Source: an uncultured Alphaproteobacteria bacterium
Lineage (GTDB): Bacteria > Pseudomonadota > Alphaproteobacteria > Rhizobiales > Beijerinckiaceae
Length of the DNA stretch: 64,000 bases
Direction of reading: 5' to 3'
NCBI GenBank assembly: GCA_963839185.1
Contig: CAWIUD010000009.1
Location: 16,617 to 80,616 of the forward strand
Part shown: positions 10,875 to 22,933 of the stretch, in pieces
How positions within the stretch are numbered: position 1 is the stretch's first letter
How the letters are laid out: each line of letters opens with the position of its first letter
Position numbers and translations under genes: made by a program
The notes under the pieces: model-generated
The model's database searches: none
What the model was told of the DNA's origin: nothing
Seen by the model: the letters and a program-made list of their open reading frames with translations, nothing else

Positions 10875-10962
10875 TTCTGCTTTTCCTTTCAGAGTGCGGG
10901 ATGGTTAAGGAGGGTTTGCGAAGAATGGGGACGCGCGGAACGCGCGGCCGGGTTGAGGGGGC

Positions 10963-12528
10963 TCACTTCTTCTTGCCCCCGAACGGATTGAACCCGCCGC
11001 CGAGGCCGGGAAGCTTCGAGCCGCCGCCGAGGCTCGGGAACTGCGGCGGCAGGTTGAACGCGCCGGGCGGCGGTGCGGTGGGAATCCCGGGCTGGCCTGG
11101 CGGCAGGCTTGGCGGCGCGCCTCCGCCTATCTGCTTCTGCAGCGCCTCCATCTGCTCCGGGGTCGGCATCGGCATGCCGCCGCCGATGCCCATCATCTGC
11201 CCGAGCTTGCCCATCATGCCGCGCTTGCCAGCGCCGCCCATCATCTTCATCATGTCGGCCATCTGCCGGTGCTGTTTCAGGAGCCGGTTGACCAGCTCGA
11301 CCGTCACGCCGGCGCCGGCCGCAATGCGCTTCTTGCGCGAGGCTTTCAGAATATCGGGGTTGCGCCGCTCGATCGGGGTCATCGAGGAGATGATCGCCCG
11401 CTGGCGCTTGACGAAACTGTCGTCGAGATTTGCGGACGCGAGCTGATCCTTCATCTTGGCGACGCCGGGCAGCATGCCCATGATGCCGCCCATCCCGCCG
11501 AGCTTCTCGATTTGCGCCAGCTGCTCGGAGAGGTCGTTGAGGTCGAAGACGCCTTTGCGCATCTTCTCGGCCATCTTGGCCGCCTGGGCCGCATCGATCG
11601 TCTGCGACGCTTTCTCGACCAGGCTGATGATATCGCCCATGCCGAGGATGCGGTCGGCGAGGCGCGAGGGGTGGAAGTCCTCGAGCGCGTCCATCTTTTC
11701 GCCGATGCCGAGCAGCTTGATCGGCTTGCCAGTGACCGAGCGCATGGAAAGCGCCGCGCCGCCGCGCCCGTCGCCGTCCATTCGGGTCAGCACGATGCCG
11801 GTCAAGCCGACTCGCTCGTTGAAGCTCTTCGCCAGATTGACCGCGTCTTGCCCGGTCAGCGCGTCGGCGACCAGCAGGATTTCGTGCGGCCGCGCGGCGT
11901 CGCGGATTTCCGCCATCTCCGCCATAAGCGGCTCGTCGATATGGGTGCGGCCCGCGGTGTCGAGCAGCACGACGTCATAGCCCTGCAGCCGCGCGGCGCT
12001 CTCGGCGCGCTTTGCGATCGCGACCGGCTCCTGGCCGGGAATGATCGGCAGCGTGTCGACGCCGGCCTGGCGTCCCAGCACCGCAAGCTGCTCCTGCGCG
12101 GCCGGGCGCTTCACGTCGAGCGAAGCCATCAGCACCTTGCGCCGGTCTCGGTCGGTTAGGCGCTTGGCGATCTTGGCCGCGGTCGTCGTCTTGCCCGCGC
12201 CTTGCAGGCCAACCAGCATGATCGCGACCGGGGCGGGCGCATTGAGGTCGATTGCCTGCGATTCGCCTCCCAGCGTCTCGATCAGGGCGTCGTGGACGAT
12301 CTTGACCACCATCTGGCCGGGCCGGACCGACTTGATGACGGCGGCGCCGACCGCCCTGGTGCGGGCGCGGTCGACGAACGAGCGCACGACCTCGAGCGCG
12401 ACGTCGGCTTCGAGCAGCGCCCGGCGCACCTCGCGCATCGCCGCGTTGACGTCCTCCTCGGAGAGGACGCCGCGGCCGGTGAGTTTGTCCAATATGCCGG
12501 AGAGCTTTTCGGACAGGCTCTCGAACAT
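10963..12528 (-). CDS. ffh: Signal recognition particle protein Ffh (Pro/Gly-rich tail)
   Basis: GLQGAGKTTT, DTAGR, DGDGRGGAALS, M-domain SRKKRIAAGAG. Confidence 0.98.
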   Translation of the reverse strand: MFESLSEKLSGILDKLTGRGVLSEEDVNAAMREVRRALLEADVALEVVRSFVDRARTRAVGAAVIKSVRPGQMVVKIVHDALIETLGGESQAIDLNAPAPVAIMLVGLQGAGKTTTAAKIAKRLTDRDRRKVLMASLDVKRPAAQEQLAVLGRQAGVDTLPIIPGQEPVAIAKRAESAARLQGYDVVLLDTAGRTHIDEPLMAEMAEIRDAARPHEILLVADALTGQDAVNLAKSFNERVGLTGIVLTRMDGDGRGGAALSMRSVTGKPIKLLGIGEKMDALEDFHPSRLADRILGMGDIISLVEKASQTIDAAQAAKMAEKMRKGVFDLNDLSEQLAQIEKLGGMGGIMGMLPGVAKMKDQLASANLDDSFVKRQRAIISSMTPIERRNPDILKASRKKRIAAGAGVTVELVNRLLKQHRQMADMMKMMGGAGKRGMMGKLGQMMGIGGGMPMPTPEQMEALQKQIGGGAPPSLPPGQPGIPTAPPPGAFNLPPQFPSLGGGSKLPGLGGGFNPFGGKKK

Positions 12529-12541
12529 GAAACGCTCCTGT

Positions 12542-12637
12542 TCAGACGACGGATGGCGGACGACAGAGGACGGATATAGGCGCCGCCTTCCTCTTCCGCT
12601 CGCTTCCGTCCTCCGTTCTCGGTCGTCCGTCCTCTGA
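12542..12637. repeat. Inverted pair of 4 x 7-bp tandem arrays in the ffh leader
   Basis: Left arm TCAGA-CGACGGA-TGGCGGA-CGACAGA-GGACGGA (12542-12574). Right arm reverse complement TCAGA-GGACGGA-CGACCGA-GAACGGA-GGACGGA (12605-12637). Confidence 0.75.
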
Positions 12638-12644
12638 GGCCAAC

Positions 12645-12748
12645 GCCAATCGCGCCCGGGGGCGCAGCGCGCTGCCGGACGGGGACCGCTGGCCTCGAGG
12701 GGACAGTCGGCTGATCGACGAGGCTAGAACCTGACGAAAACGAGCGGG
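12645..12748 (-). ncRNA. Putative alphaproteobacterial ffh leader RNA motif
   Basis: Directly upstream of ffh. Minus strand CCCGCTCGTTTTCG...CAGCCGACTGTC...GGTCCCCGTCCGGCAGCGCGCTGCGCCCCCGGGCGCG resembles the Rfam ffh motif from memory; boundaries approximate. Confidence 0.6.
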
Positions 12749-12777
12749 TCAGTAAGCGCGCGGGGCGGGGATGTCAA
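12749..12777 (-). promoter_or_regulatory. Sigma70-type promoter for the ffh leader
   Basis: TTGACA, 17 nt, TACTGA on the minus strand immediately before the leader motif. Confidence 0.5.
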
Positions 12778-12936
12778 TGCCGAGAGATGGCCCAAGCACC
12801 GGCGACTATCGAGATCGATTGGTCGATTTTCCTCTGACGAGCCGTCGGCCGATCGATATCAGCAGCTCCAAAAAAAGACCGTCACGAAACTATCTCCCAC
12901 CCGATGTGAGTTGGACAGCCGCACGGTTCGAGTGTC

Positions 12937-13160
12937 CTATCGGCTGAGAACGATGTGGATGGCGTGGTCGCTCGCCTGATGTTCGGTGACGCGGTAGCCG
13001 AGCGCTGGGCAGATCGATCCCGGCGGCGAACATCGCTTCGCCCTGCCCGAGCACGACCGGGGGACAAAGCGGAGATGCAGTTCGTCGATCAGCCCGGCGC
13101 GAAGATATTGACGCACCGTCTCGACGCCGCCACCGATCTTCACGTCGCGGCCCTTGGCGG
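12937..13160 (-). pseudogene. Diverged duplicate of the 3' end of the DHFR-family gene
   Basis: Near-identical to 14289..14504 (AKGRDVKIGGGVETVRQYLRAGLIDELH...HIVLSR*) and retains the native stop. Confidence 0.8.
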
Positions 13161-13169
13161 TCAACTGCG

Positions 13170-14288
13170 CGTCCTGGCTCAGGACATATGAGACGGGGGA
13201 GTTTCGTTGGCTCGGCGGATAGCGAGGTACTCGGCTGGGGTTTTTCCTGCAAGGGCGGCGTGGGGTCTGTGGTGGTTGTAGAGGTGTTGGAAGGCCTCGA
13301 CCATTTGGGCGATTTTGTCGATGCGCATGGGCAGGTCGGCGCAGGCATAGAACTCATATCGCCATGCCCCGTTGCAGCGCTCGACGGCTCCGTTGAGCTT
13401 TGGCGATCGGGGCGGCAGGACATAGAGGGGGAGGTTTTTGGCGGCGCAGGCCTGCTCGAACTCGGCCATGAACTCGGAGCCGCCGTCGATTTGAATGGCT
13501 TTGACGGGATCGGGCATTTGCTCGAGGACGGCGGCGAGGAAATCGGCGGCGTTTTTGGCGGTGGCCCGTTTACAGGGCCTGGCGACGGTCCATTTGGCGA
13601 ATGGATCGTAGGCGTTGAAATGCTTGATCGAGACGCCGGGCAGCGGATAGATCGAGAGGGTGTCGATCTGGACGACGTCGCCGGGCTTTTCGAAGATGAC
13701 GCCCTTGGGTTTTCGGATGGCGTGAGGGCGCTTTCTTGGCGCTGTTCTGGCGGCGAGCTTGCGGATCAGGGCGGCAACGGGCTGAACCGTTCCGCGCCGG
13801 ATGAGCGCGCCGAGGATGCGCCCGACGGTGGCGTTGGATGTGGCGAAGCCCTGTTTGCGCAGGATCGGGCCGAGCTTTTCCTTGCCCCACATCGGATGAT
13901 CGAGGCGCAGCCGCTCGACGGCTTCGGCCAAACCTTGTGGACGCTTGGGCTGGCGCACCCGGCGCGGCCGCCGGCTCAAGGGATCGGGGCGCGTTCGCCA
14001 GCGATAGAGGGTGGAGCGAGGGACGCCCACCGCCCTGGCCGCCTGCTCGCTGCTCAGCCCCTGCGTCATGGCGTTGCGCCAGCGCGCCACCGCGTCGCGT
14101 CTTCTGGCGGCTTCGATATTCGGGGTCTGCGCCGCCAGAAGACGCGACGCGCACCGGGCATTGCGGATAAGATGGCCGGGCAGGCCAAAAACCTGCATGG
14201 GGTTCTCCTCGATTCGAGCTCGACAACCCGAACCTCGGAGAACCCCGCCATTCACGCAATCATTCTCATATGTGTCTGAGCCAGGACA
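13170..14288 (-). mobile_element. IS481-family insertion sequence
   Basis: Terminal inverted repeats (c)GTCCTGGCTCAGGACATATGAGA and TCTCATATGTGTCTGAGCCAGGACA enclosing a single transposase ORF. Confidence 0.88.
13179..14198 (-). CDS. IS481-family DDE transposase
   Basis: HTH (AARAVGVPRSTLYRW), VQIDT, IQIDGGSEF, PPRSPKLNGAVER, YNHHRPHAALAGKTP. Confidence 0.92.
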   Translation of the reverse strand: MQVFGLPGHLIRNARCASRLLAAQTPNIEAARRRDAVARWRNAMTQGLSSEQAARAVGVPRSTLYRWRTRPDPLSRRPRRVRQPKRPQGLAEAVERLRLDHPMWGKEKLGPILRKQGFATSNATVGRILGALIRRGTVQPVAALIRKLAARTAPRKRPHAIRKPKGVIFEKPGDVVQIDTLSIYPLPGVSIKHFNAYDPFAKWTVARPCKRATAKNAADFLAAVLEQMPDPVKAIQIDGGSEFMAEFEQACAAKNLPLYVLPPRSPKLNGAVERCNGAWRYEFYACADLPMRIDKIAQMVEAFQHLYNHHRPHAALAGKTPAEYLAIRRANETPPSHMS

Positions 14289-14930
14289 ATCGGCTGAGAA
14301 CGATGTGGGTGGCATGCTCGGTCGCCTGATGTTCGGTGACGCGGTAGCCGAGCGCCGGCAGATCGATCCCGGCGAACATCGCTTCGCCCTGCCCGAGCAC
14401 GACCGGGGACAAGGCGAAATGCAGCTCGTCGATCAGCCCGGCGCGAAGATATTGACGCACCGTCTCGACGCCGCCGCCGATCTTCACGTCGCGGCCCTTG
14501 GCGGCGAGCTTCGCCTTCTCCAGCGCCGCCTCGATGCCGTCAGTCACGAAGATGAAGGTGGTGCCGCCGTCCATCTCAATCGGATCGCGCGGATGGTGCG
14601 TCAGCACGAAGGTCGGCGCGTGATAGGGCGGATTGTCGCCCCACCAGCCCTTCCAGCTCTCGTCCGGCCAGGGACCGCGGATCGGCCCGAACATGTTGCG
14701 GCCGAGAATGAACGCGCCGAACCCCTCCATCGAACGATGTGCGTAGGCCTCGATCGACGCCGTCCGAGCCGCCGTCCTTGACCGATCATTGCCCGGAACA
14801 TGCGCGTGCCGAACATCCACTGGTGCAGTTCCTGCCCGCGCTTGCCGAGCGGATTTTCAAGACTTTGCTCAGGCCCTGCTCCGAAACCGTCGAGCGAGAT
14901 CGAAAAGCCTGCAACGCGCACTTTCGTCAT
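14266..14930 (-). CDS. Dihydrofolate reductase/RibD C-terminal family protein; frameshift near 14765, tail extended by IS sequence
   Basis: FSISLDGFGAGP, ILGRNMF, WWGDNPPYHAPTFVLTH, GLIDELHFALSPVVLGQG. Confidence 0.88.
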
Positions 14931-15087
14931 AACGCACTCCTTCCATCTCTTTCGGGATCGAGGATTGAAGCAGTATGGGTCGCTACCCGGCTCACGACGA
15001 TGTGCCGGTGGCTATCCGTAGCTATCGAGCACGCACATTGCGCTTAAGCATTCCAAGACCGCCGATAGCCGCCTTTTCTACTCCCCG

Positions 15088-16662
<1,575 letters not shown>

Positions 16663-16734
16663 CGGCCCCATGTGGCGCCAAACAGGCCGACGCGCAATCA
16701 CAGGATAGCGCCCAGAAGGCCAGCCCGACGCGCC

Positions 16735-17247
16735 TTAAGGCGAAGCGGTCCAGGCCTTGTAGTCCGCGTCCGACATGGCCGGCAGCGCCTTGATGAATGC
16801 GACGATCGTCCAGATTTGCTCGTCGGACGACCCGGCCAAGCCGAAGCTTGGCATGCCGGTAAACTTGATGCCGTTCTTGATCGCCCAGAACAGTTCCGAC
16901 GCGGTCCGCTCTTTCGCCATCGCCTTGAGATCGGCGGGGATCGGCTTCAGCCCTTCCGAAAACTTGGCCCAATCGGCATTGGGCGGCCCCCCATGACAAT
17001 TGACGCAGCCGATCGTTGCGTAAGCGCGCGCGCCGGCCTTCACTGTCGCGGGATCGTCGAGAGAAGCCGGAGGCGGATCGGTCGCGTGCTGCGCGACCGA
17101 TGCCGCGCGAACGTGAGCCAACGCCCAGCTGACGAGGGCCGGATCGTCCACGTTTTCCGCGACGCTGAAAAAGCCGCCGAAGAAGAACACGGCAGCGCCA
17201 ATCGCGACGATGATCGCAAGGGCGCCGATGACAGCCAGGAATCGCAC
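16735..17247 (-). CDS. Membrane-anchored monoheme c-type cytochrome
   Basis: N-terminal TM helix, CVNCH, ELFWAIKNGIKFTGMPSF (axial Met). Confidence 0.88.
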   Translation of the reverse strand: MRFLAVIGALAIIVAIGAAVFFFGGFFSVAENVDDPALVSWALAHVRAASVAQHATDPPPASLDDPATVKAGARAYATIGCVNCHGGPPNADWAKFSEGLKPIPADLKAMAKERTASELFWAIKNGIKFTGMPSFGLAGSSDEQIWTIVAFIKALPAMSDADYKAWTASP

Positions 17248-17399
17248 GGGCCTTCTCCAATCCTTGTCGATTGCCGAGGCGAAGCGGGAGCGCGGGTCGC
17301 GCGTTCGCGCATCATTCTAAGGCGCCCTGCTCGCTACGCAAATCGAGTGATGTTTCGGCGTGACATGGCGCCCAGGCGGCGCGACCACCCGCCCGCGGC

Positions 17400-17971
17400 C
17401 TATAATTCCCTCAGCGTTGCGAGCAGCGCATCAAGCGACTCCTTGAGCCGCCGCTTGGCGGCAGGGTCGGCCAGCACGTTTTCGGCCGTGACCTGTTTGC
17501 ACGCCAGCGACAGCGTCGCAAACGCCTCGGGAACGAGCCGCGCGGCCATGGTGGCGAGAATTTCGCGCAACGACGCCTGCGCATGAAAAGCCCGGGCCGA
17601 GGCGTTAATGAGCACGACGGGCTTGCCGGCGAAGGTTTCGCTCGCCACCAGCCAGTCGAGCGCATTCTTCAGGGCCCCCGGCACGCCATGCGCGTATTCG
17701 GGCGCGGCGATCACGATGGCGTCGCTCGCGCCGACAAGTTGGCGCAGCGTTTCGACCGGCTCGGGCTTGGACTTGTCCTCGACGTCGTCGTCGGATTAAA
17801 CGCGGGAAGCCCGGCGAGGCCGCGATAGATCAGCACGCGGACGCCTTCGGGCGCGAGCCGCGCCAGCGCGTCCAGCGCGGCCGTGTTGGCGGACGCCCTA
17901 CGTAGGCTTCCACTGATCGCTAAAACGCGAATTCGCGGATTCGACGGAGGGATGGACTCGGTCGCCGGCAT
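17400..17971 (-). CDS. NADPH-dependent FMN reductase; frameshifted
   Basis: LAISGSLRRASAN, LPAFNP, PEYAHGVPGALKNALDW. Confidence 0.88.
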
Positions 17972-17987
17972 TCAGCCATCCGACCCG

Positions 17988-18464
17988 CTACGTCTCATCG
18001 CCGGGCCAGACGATCGGCCGCTCCATGATCTCCGCGTACTCATACGACCGGCTTTCCGGAAAGGCGCGCATTGGCAGCCCAGTCTCGCTCGCCGCCTCGA
18101 GGCGCGCGTCTTCGTAAGCTGCCGTCAAAGCCTCATCGAGCTGTGATTTCAGCCCCGGGTTCCTTTTGAGCTGGCGCTGCACGCGGCGTCTTTGCTCCAA
18201 GACCCTTAGCGTCCAAGACCGGCTGCGCCGGTCGGGCTGGTGATCCCACTTGAGAAGGTGCAGCATTAGCACGCGCAATGCGCTCTCGAGCCGAAGATAT
18301 TGCTCCTCGCCCACGTCATCGATCTCCTCCGCGATTGCCGCGGGGTCGATTTCCGACAGCCTGCCGGCGCGCAACAGTTCGGCCTGCCGCACAGCCCAGG
18401 AATAGAGATCGCCCTCTTTGGTCACCGGCGTTCCAACTTTTTCTCGCGCGGCGTTCCGGGCCAT
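17988..18464 (-). CDS. DUF29 family protein
   Basis: DLYSWAVRQAELLRAG, IAEEIDDVG, HLLKWDHQP..RSRSW, NPGLK. Confidence 0.9.
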   Translation of the reverse strand: MARNAAREKVGTPVTKEGDLYSWAVRQAELLRAGRLSEIDPAAIAEEIDDVGEEQYLRLESALRVLMLHLLKWDHQPDRRSRSWTLRVLEQRRRVQRQLKRNPGLKSQLDEALTAAYEDARLEAASETGLPMRAFPESRSYEYAEIMERPIVWPGDET

Positions 18465-18483
18465 GGGTCCGTTCCCTTTATTC

Positions 18484-19488
18484 TCAGCTCAGCGCGACGT
18501 TGAGCGCGCTCTCCGGCAACTCCTGTCCGAAGCAGCGCTGGTAGAACTCGGCCACCAGCGTGCGCTCGAGTTCGTCGCATTTGTTGAGGAAGGTCAGCCG
18601 GAACGCGAAGCCGACGTCCTTGAAGATATCGGCGTTCTCGGCCCAGGTGATCACCGTGCGCGGGCTCATGACGGTCGACAGGTCGCCGTTGATGAAGGCG
18701 TTGCGAGTGAGATCCGCCACGCGGACCATCTTGTTGACGATGTCGCGTCCATCCTTTCGCGCCCGGTGCGACGGCGACTTGGCGAGCACGATGTCGACTT
18801 CCTTGTCGTGCGGCAGATAGTTCAGCGTAGCGACGATCGACCAGCGGTCCATCTGGCCCTGATTGATCTGCTGCGTGCCATGATAGAGACCCGAGGTGTC
18901 GCCGAGTCCCACCGTGTTGGCGGTTGAGAACAGGCGGAACGCCGGATGCGGACGAATGACCCGCCGCTGATCGAGCAGGGTCAGGCGGCCCGACACTTCG
19001 AGCACGCGCTGAATGACAAACATCACATCCGGGCGACCCGCGTCATATTCGTCGAAGCATAGAGCGATATTGTTCTGCAACGCCCAAGGCAGCATTCCGT
19101 CACGGAATTCCGTCACCTGCTTGCCGTCGTGCAGCACGATTGCGTCCTTGCCGACCAGATCGATTCGAGAGATGTGGCTGTCCAGGTTGATGCGGACGCA
19201 GGGCCAGTTCAGGCGGGCCGCGACCTGTTCGATGTGGGTCGACTTGCCAGTACCGTGGTAGCCGGTAATCATCACGCGGCGGTTGTACGCAAATCCGGCC
19301 AGGATCGCGAGGGTAGTGTCGCGATCGAACAGATAATCGGGGTCCAGATCCGGCACATGTTCGTCGGCCTGCGAATAGGCCGGCGCCTCCATGTCGGAGT
19401 CGATGCCAAAGTTCTGGCGCACCGATATGCGCGTGTCGGGCAGACCGGACGCGGGTTCAGTTCCCACCGGCGTAGTTATCGAATTCAT
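18484..19488 (-). CDS. cobS: Cobaltochelatase subunit CobS (AAA+)
   Basis: [54 protein letters not shown]; start at MNSITTP with GGAGG RBS. Confidence 0.95.
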   Translation of the reverse strand: MNSITTPVGTEPASGLPDTRISVRQNFGIDSDMEAPAYSQADEHVPDLDPDYLFDRDTTLAILAGFAYNRRVMITGYHGTGKSTHIEQVAARLNWPCVRINLDSHISRIDLVGKDAIVLHDGKQVTEFRDGMLPWALQNNIALCFDEYDAGRPDVMFVIQRVLEVSGRLTLLDQRRVIRPHPAFRLFSTANTVGLGDTSGLYHGTQQINQGQMDRWSIVATLNYLPHDKEVDIVLAKSPSHRARKDGRDIVNKMVRVADLTRNAFINGDLSTVMSPRTVITWAENADIFKDVGFAFRLTFLNKCDELERTLVAEFYQRCFGQELPESALNVALS

Positions 19489-19672
19489 AGGTCCTCCACG
19501 CTCTGCCGCACGCGGAAAGAGCGACTTTTCCATACTCGAATTCCGGTCCGGGGCAAAAGCCGACGGCGCGAGCCTGTCCCGAGCGGATCCGCTCGCCGCG
19601 ATTGCGCCCACCGCTCTTTCAGAGCGGCGCTTCATCGCCTTCGGACGCCATCCGTTTTGACGCGGGCGGCGA

Positions 19673-20266
19673 TCACACGAGCTTGTTGGCCCGGAGATAA
19701 TTATAGGCCTGAATGATCTCGCGCAATTTATCTTCCGACGAACGATCGCCGCCGTTGGCGTCCGGATGATGCCGCTTGACCAAATCCTTGTAGCGGGCCT
19801 TGATCTTCGCCTGAGTGGCGTTGCCGTCGAGTTCAAGCGTCATCAGCGCCTTGATCGCCAAGGCGTTGTACCGCGGCGGCGCTTCGTCCCGGGACGATCG
19901 TCCTCGCGCGCCTCGCCGCGGCGCCGACCGGGCCTCGGCGAAGACCGACTTGTCCACGTGGCGGCCGGCCGCGGCCCGCGCCCCGATTTTCCAGGTCGGG
20001 CGATGGCCGACAGCGTCGGCCTGGCGGAATTTGGCCAACGAGGCGTCGTCCATGCCCCGAAAATAGTCGTATGAAGCGTTGTATTCCCGCACATGATCCC
20101 GGCAGAAGCAGAAATACTCCCCTTCGCGCTCGCGCCCTTTCGGCGCCCTGAACACCCCTTCGGCCACGCAGCCGGGATGGCTGCAAGGGATGGTTGGCGC
20201 TATCTCCGGCTGCCGCTCGGCCGGCTTCACCCGGATGCGGTCGAACAGACGCGAATTCAGATTCAT
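19673..20266 (-). CDS. DnaJ-domain protein (conserved cobS neighbour)
   Basis: [33 protein letters not shown]. Confidence 0.9.
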   Translation of the reverse strand: MNLNSRLFDRIRVKPAERQPEIAPTIPCSHPGCVAEGVFRAPKGREREGEYFCFCRDHVREYNASYDYFRGMDDASLAKFRQADAVGHRPTWKIGARAAAGRHVDKSVFAEARSAPRRGARGRSSRDEAPPRYNALAIKALMTLELDGNATQAKIKARYKDLVKRHHPDANGGDRSSEDKLREIIQAYNYLRANKLV

Positions 20267-20436
20267 TCCATGACCTTTATGACCGCCGACGCCCCCGGGC
20301 AAGCCCCAAGCCTGTCGCGAGTTTGCGGGGAGCCAGTCGAAGCGCGTTCCCAGCCTCCAAACGTGTTGAAAAGCGCTCTACCAGCGCTCCATGATGTACT
20401 ATGTAGTCTCGCCCCGCACCGAATGGGAGTGCGACA

Positions 20437-20707
20437 ATGATCATGCAAGAGAGAATTGTCGCGCGTTTGACAGGAGCGCTCGATCCGATTCTCCTCGATG
20501 TCATCGACGAGTTCCGACCGTCATGCTGGCCATGCGGGCGCTCGCGCCGGCGGAGGCACCCACTACCGCGTGCGCGTCATATCGGCGAAATTCGAGCGAC
20601 GAAGTCGAGTTGAGCGACACCGTCTGGTCTATGACCTGCTGACGGCCGAATTCGCCGACGGCCTGCATGCCCTCGCTCTCGTCGCCAAGGCGCCTGGCGA
20701 GCAATGA
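20437..20707 (+). CDS. bolA: BolA family protein; indel near 20512
   Basis: LDVIDE-(S)-DRHAGHAG, THYRVRVIS, SRVERHRLVY, GLHALAL. Confidence 0.9.
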
Positions 20708-21282
20708 CGCCGGACCTTGGCGCAGATTCCTTCGGGCCCTATGCCTTCACCCTTGCGCCCGCCGAAGCTGACGCCGCCGCGGCTCGCTTTGGGCTGCGCA
20801 TGGCGCTTCGAGGCGGCTTAACCGCCCGTCACTTGGCGCCGCTGACGGCTTTTGTGTTGGCGATGCTCTTCGCCTCCACGCTCGCGCTCACTGGCCTCAT
20901 CAGCCGCCGTGCGGGGGAAGCGACGCTGATTCTCTCCGCCGCGGCCTACATGATATATCGCCTTGCAACACATTGGCGTATCCAGCGGGCCCGTTTCGCG
21001 GGCAAGGCGGCAATCGCCCGGTTTCAATCCGCGGGCGCGCTCACCGCGGCGTTCGGGGCCGACGGTCTATCGCTCGATGTTGACGGGCGCACGCTGCGGC
21101 TAAGCTATGCCGACTGCGAAGAAGCCGAGGACGCGGGGGGCCTCATTTACGTCTGGCCGCGCGACGACGCGCCCATCGTGCTGCCGACACGGGCGCTCGC
21201 CGACTCGGACGAGATGGTCCGCCTCCTCGCGCTCCTGACCGGCCGCATCGGAAAATGGCCGCGTAACGCCCCCGCGCCCTGA
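20704..21282 (+). CDS. YcxB-like membrane protein
   Basis: Two TM helices, then a YcxB-like domain (LSYADCEEAEDAGGLIYVW...IVLPTRAL). Confidence 0.6.
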   Translation: MTPDLGADSFGPYAFTLAPAEADAAAARFGLRMALRGGLTARHLAPLTAFVLAMLFASTLALTGLISRRAGEATLILSAAAYMIYRLATHWRIQRARFAGKAAIARFQSAGALTAAFGADGLSLDVDGRTLRLSYADCEEAEDAGGLIYVWPRDDAPIVLPTRALADSDEMVRLLALLTGRIGKWPRNAPAP

Positions 21283-21289
21283 GGCGTTG

Positions 21290-22757
21290 CTATTGGGAGG
21301 CGGCCGGCGCAGTCGATCCAGTCGTTTCAGGCGACTTAGGGTCCGCGGACTTCGGGTCGGCGGGGGCGGCTTCGACCGAGCTCGGTTTCACAGGTGGTTT
21401 CGGCGGCGCGCGCAACGACGTTAGGCGCACGGGTTTTTCGCCTTCGGAGACCGCCTCGTCGCGGCGCGGGGGCAGAGGCGCGCCGGAAGGCGACGGCTGG
21501 TCCGGCACATAAGCGGTCGCGTTTGTTTGGGGATCTCTCGTCTCCGCCGAGATGCAGCCATTTCTTCACGTTCTGCGCGCCGCCCGACAGGCCTCCGAAA
21601 ACGCCTCCGGCTTGCGCGGAGGCCGCAGAGGCGACCGCGACCGGCGGCCTCAGGCTGGGCCACCGGAGTCGGGGTCGACGAGGTCGGGGCCGCTGGGGTC
21701 TCAGCTGACGCCATAACCGCGGCGCGCCGCTTCGCCGCATCGGCCGAAGCGACCTTCACGGCCGCTGGAACAGCCTTGGCCGGCTGGTCCAGGACGATCT
21801 CTTCCGGACCCGCTGCGAGCGCGTCGGGATCGCTCGAATCCTTGTAACCGGCAAACGCTGGATTTTGGCCGCCGTCCTGATAGACGAGCCGGATCGGCTT
21901 GACGCCGGACGCCACGAGCTCGGCGACCTTGGCGTCGTCTTTCGCCGCCTTGTCGGCGACCTCCGCCTCGACCCCATCGTCACGCTTGAGCGCCGGACAC
22001 GGCGTGGCCGCAGAGACTTCTCCGCTTGCCGCCGCTCCGAACACGTAGTGCTTGCCGCAGACGAGAACCGGCGGCTCCGCCTTGGTCACCTCGAAATGAT
22101 CGGAGCCGTTCTTGAGCTCTTTCCAGAAGTCGATGTTCGGGTCGAGCCGGAACTTCGCCAGGTTTTCCGCGGTCATATGGAACGGATAGGACTGCAACTG
22201 GATTTCGCGTTGCCCGCCGCCGGAACGAGTTCGCGGGCTATCGCATAGATGTCAGCGATCTGCTCGTCGGTCATCGAGAAACAGCCGGCGGATGAACAGA
22301 CGCCGTGCACCATGACCGTGCCGCCGGTGCGCCCATAGGCGCGGTCGTACGCGTTGGGGTAACCGACATTGAAAGAAAGGTAATAGTGGGAGTTCGGGTT
22401 CATCTGTCCCGGCGCAATTGGATAGAAGCCCTCGGGCACCTGCATGTCGCCCTCGCGCTTCTTCGGACCAAGCTGACCCGACCAGCGGCACATCGGGTAG
22501 GTCTTCAGGAGCGCGTATTCGCCGTTGGACTTCATTTTCCAGATTTCGAGCTCCGCCTCCTTCTTGTAGGCGCGGATGAGCGTCGGCGAGGACGGCGTCG
22601 TGTCGAGCTTGGTCATCTCGGCGAGCGTGGCGCTGGAAATCGGCTGCTCGGAACGTCCGGGGCCCTGGTCGAGATAGGAATTGTCGCAACCGGCGATCAG
22701 CGCGCAGGCGGCAGCGGTTATGCTGATGGCGGCCATGCGGCCAATGATGGAATTCAT
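21290..22757 (-). CDS. YafK-like murein L,D-transpeptidase family lipoprotein with low-complexity tail; frameshifted
   Basis: Lipobox LIAGC, RAYKKEAELEIWK, GPKKREGDMQVPEGFY, MVHGVCSSAGCFSM, FWKELKNG. Confidence 0.9.
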
Positions 22758-22835
22758 CAAGCTCCCCGAATCTCGCTCTAAATCTAACCGCGGCGCGCGC
22801 CAAAGTCCACGCGACGGAATGAGACCCTCCCCTGA

Positions 22836-22851
22836 TTACCGGCTCGTTAAC
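22836..22851. promoter_or_regulatory. Near-consensus CtrA site upstream of the L,D-transpeptidase
   Basis: TTAC-CGGCTCG-TTAAC, one mismatch to TTAA-N7-TTAAC. Confidence 0.45.
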
Positions 22852-22933
22852 GGCATTCGCTCGCACCCGCTATTGTGGCTGAAAAATCAAAGCAATGGGG
22901 TTTTATTGGGGCGGCATCCGAGCGGCCCAGGCG

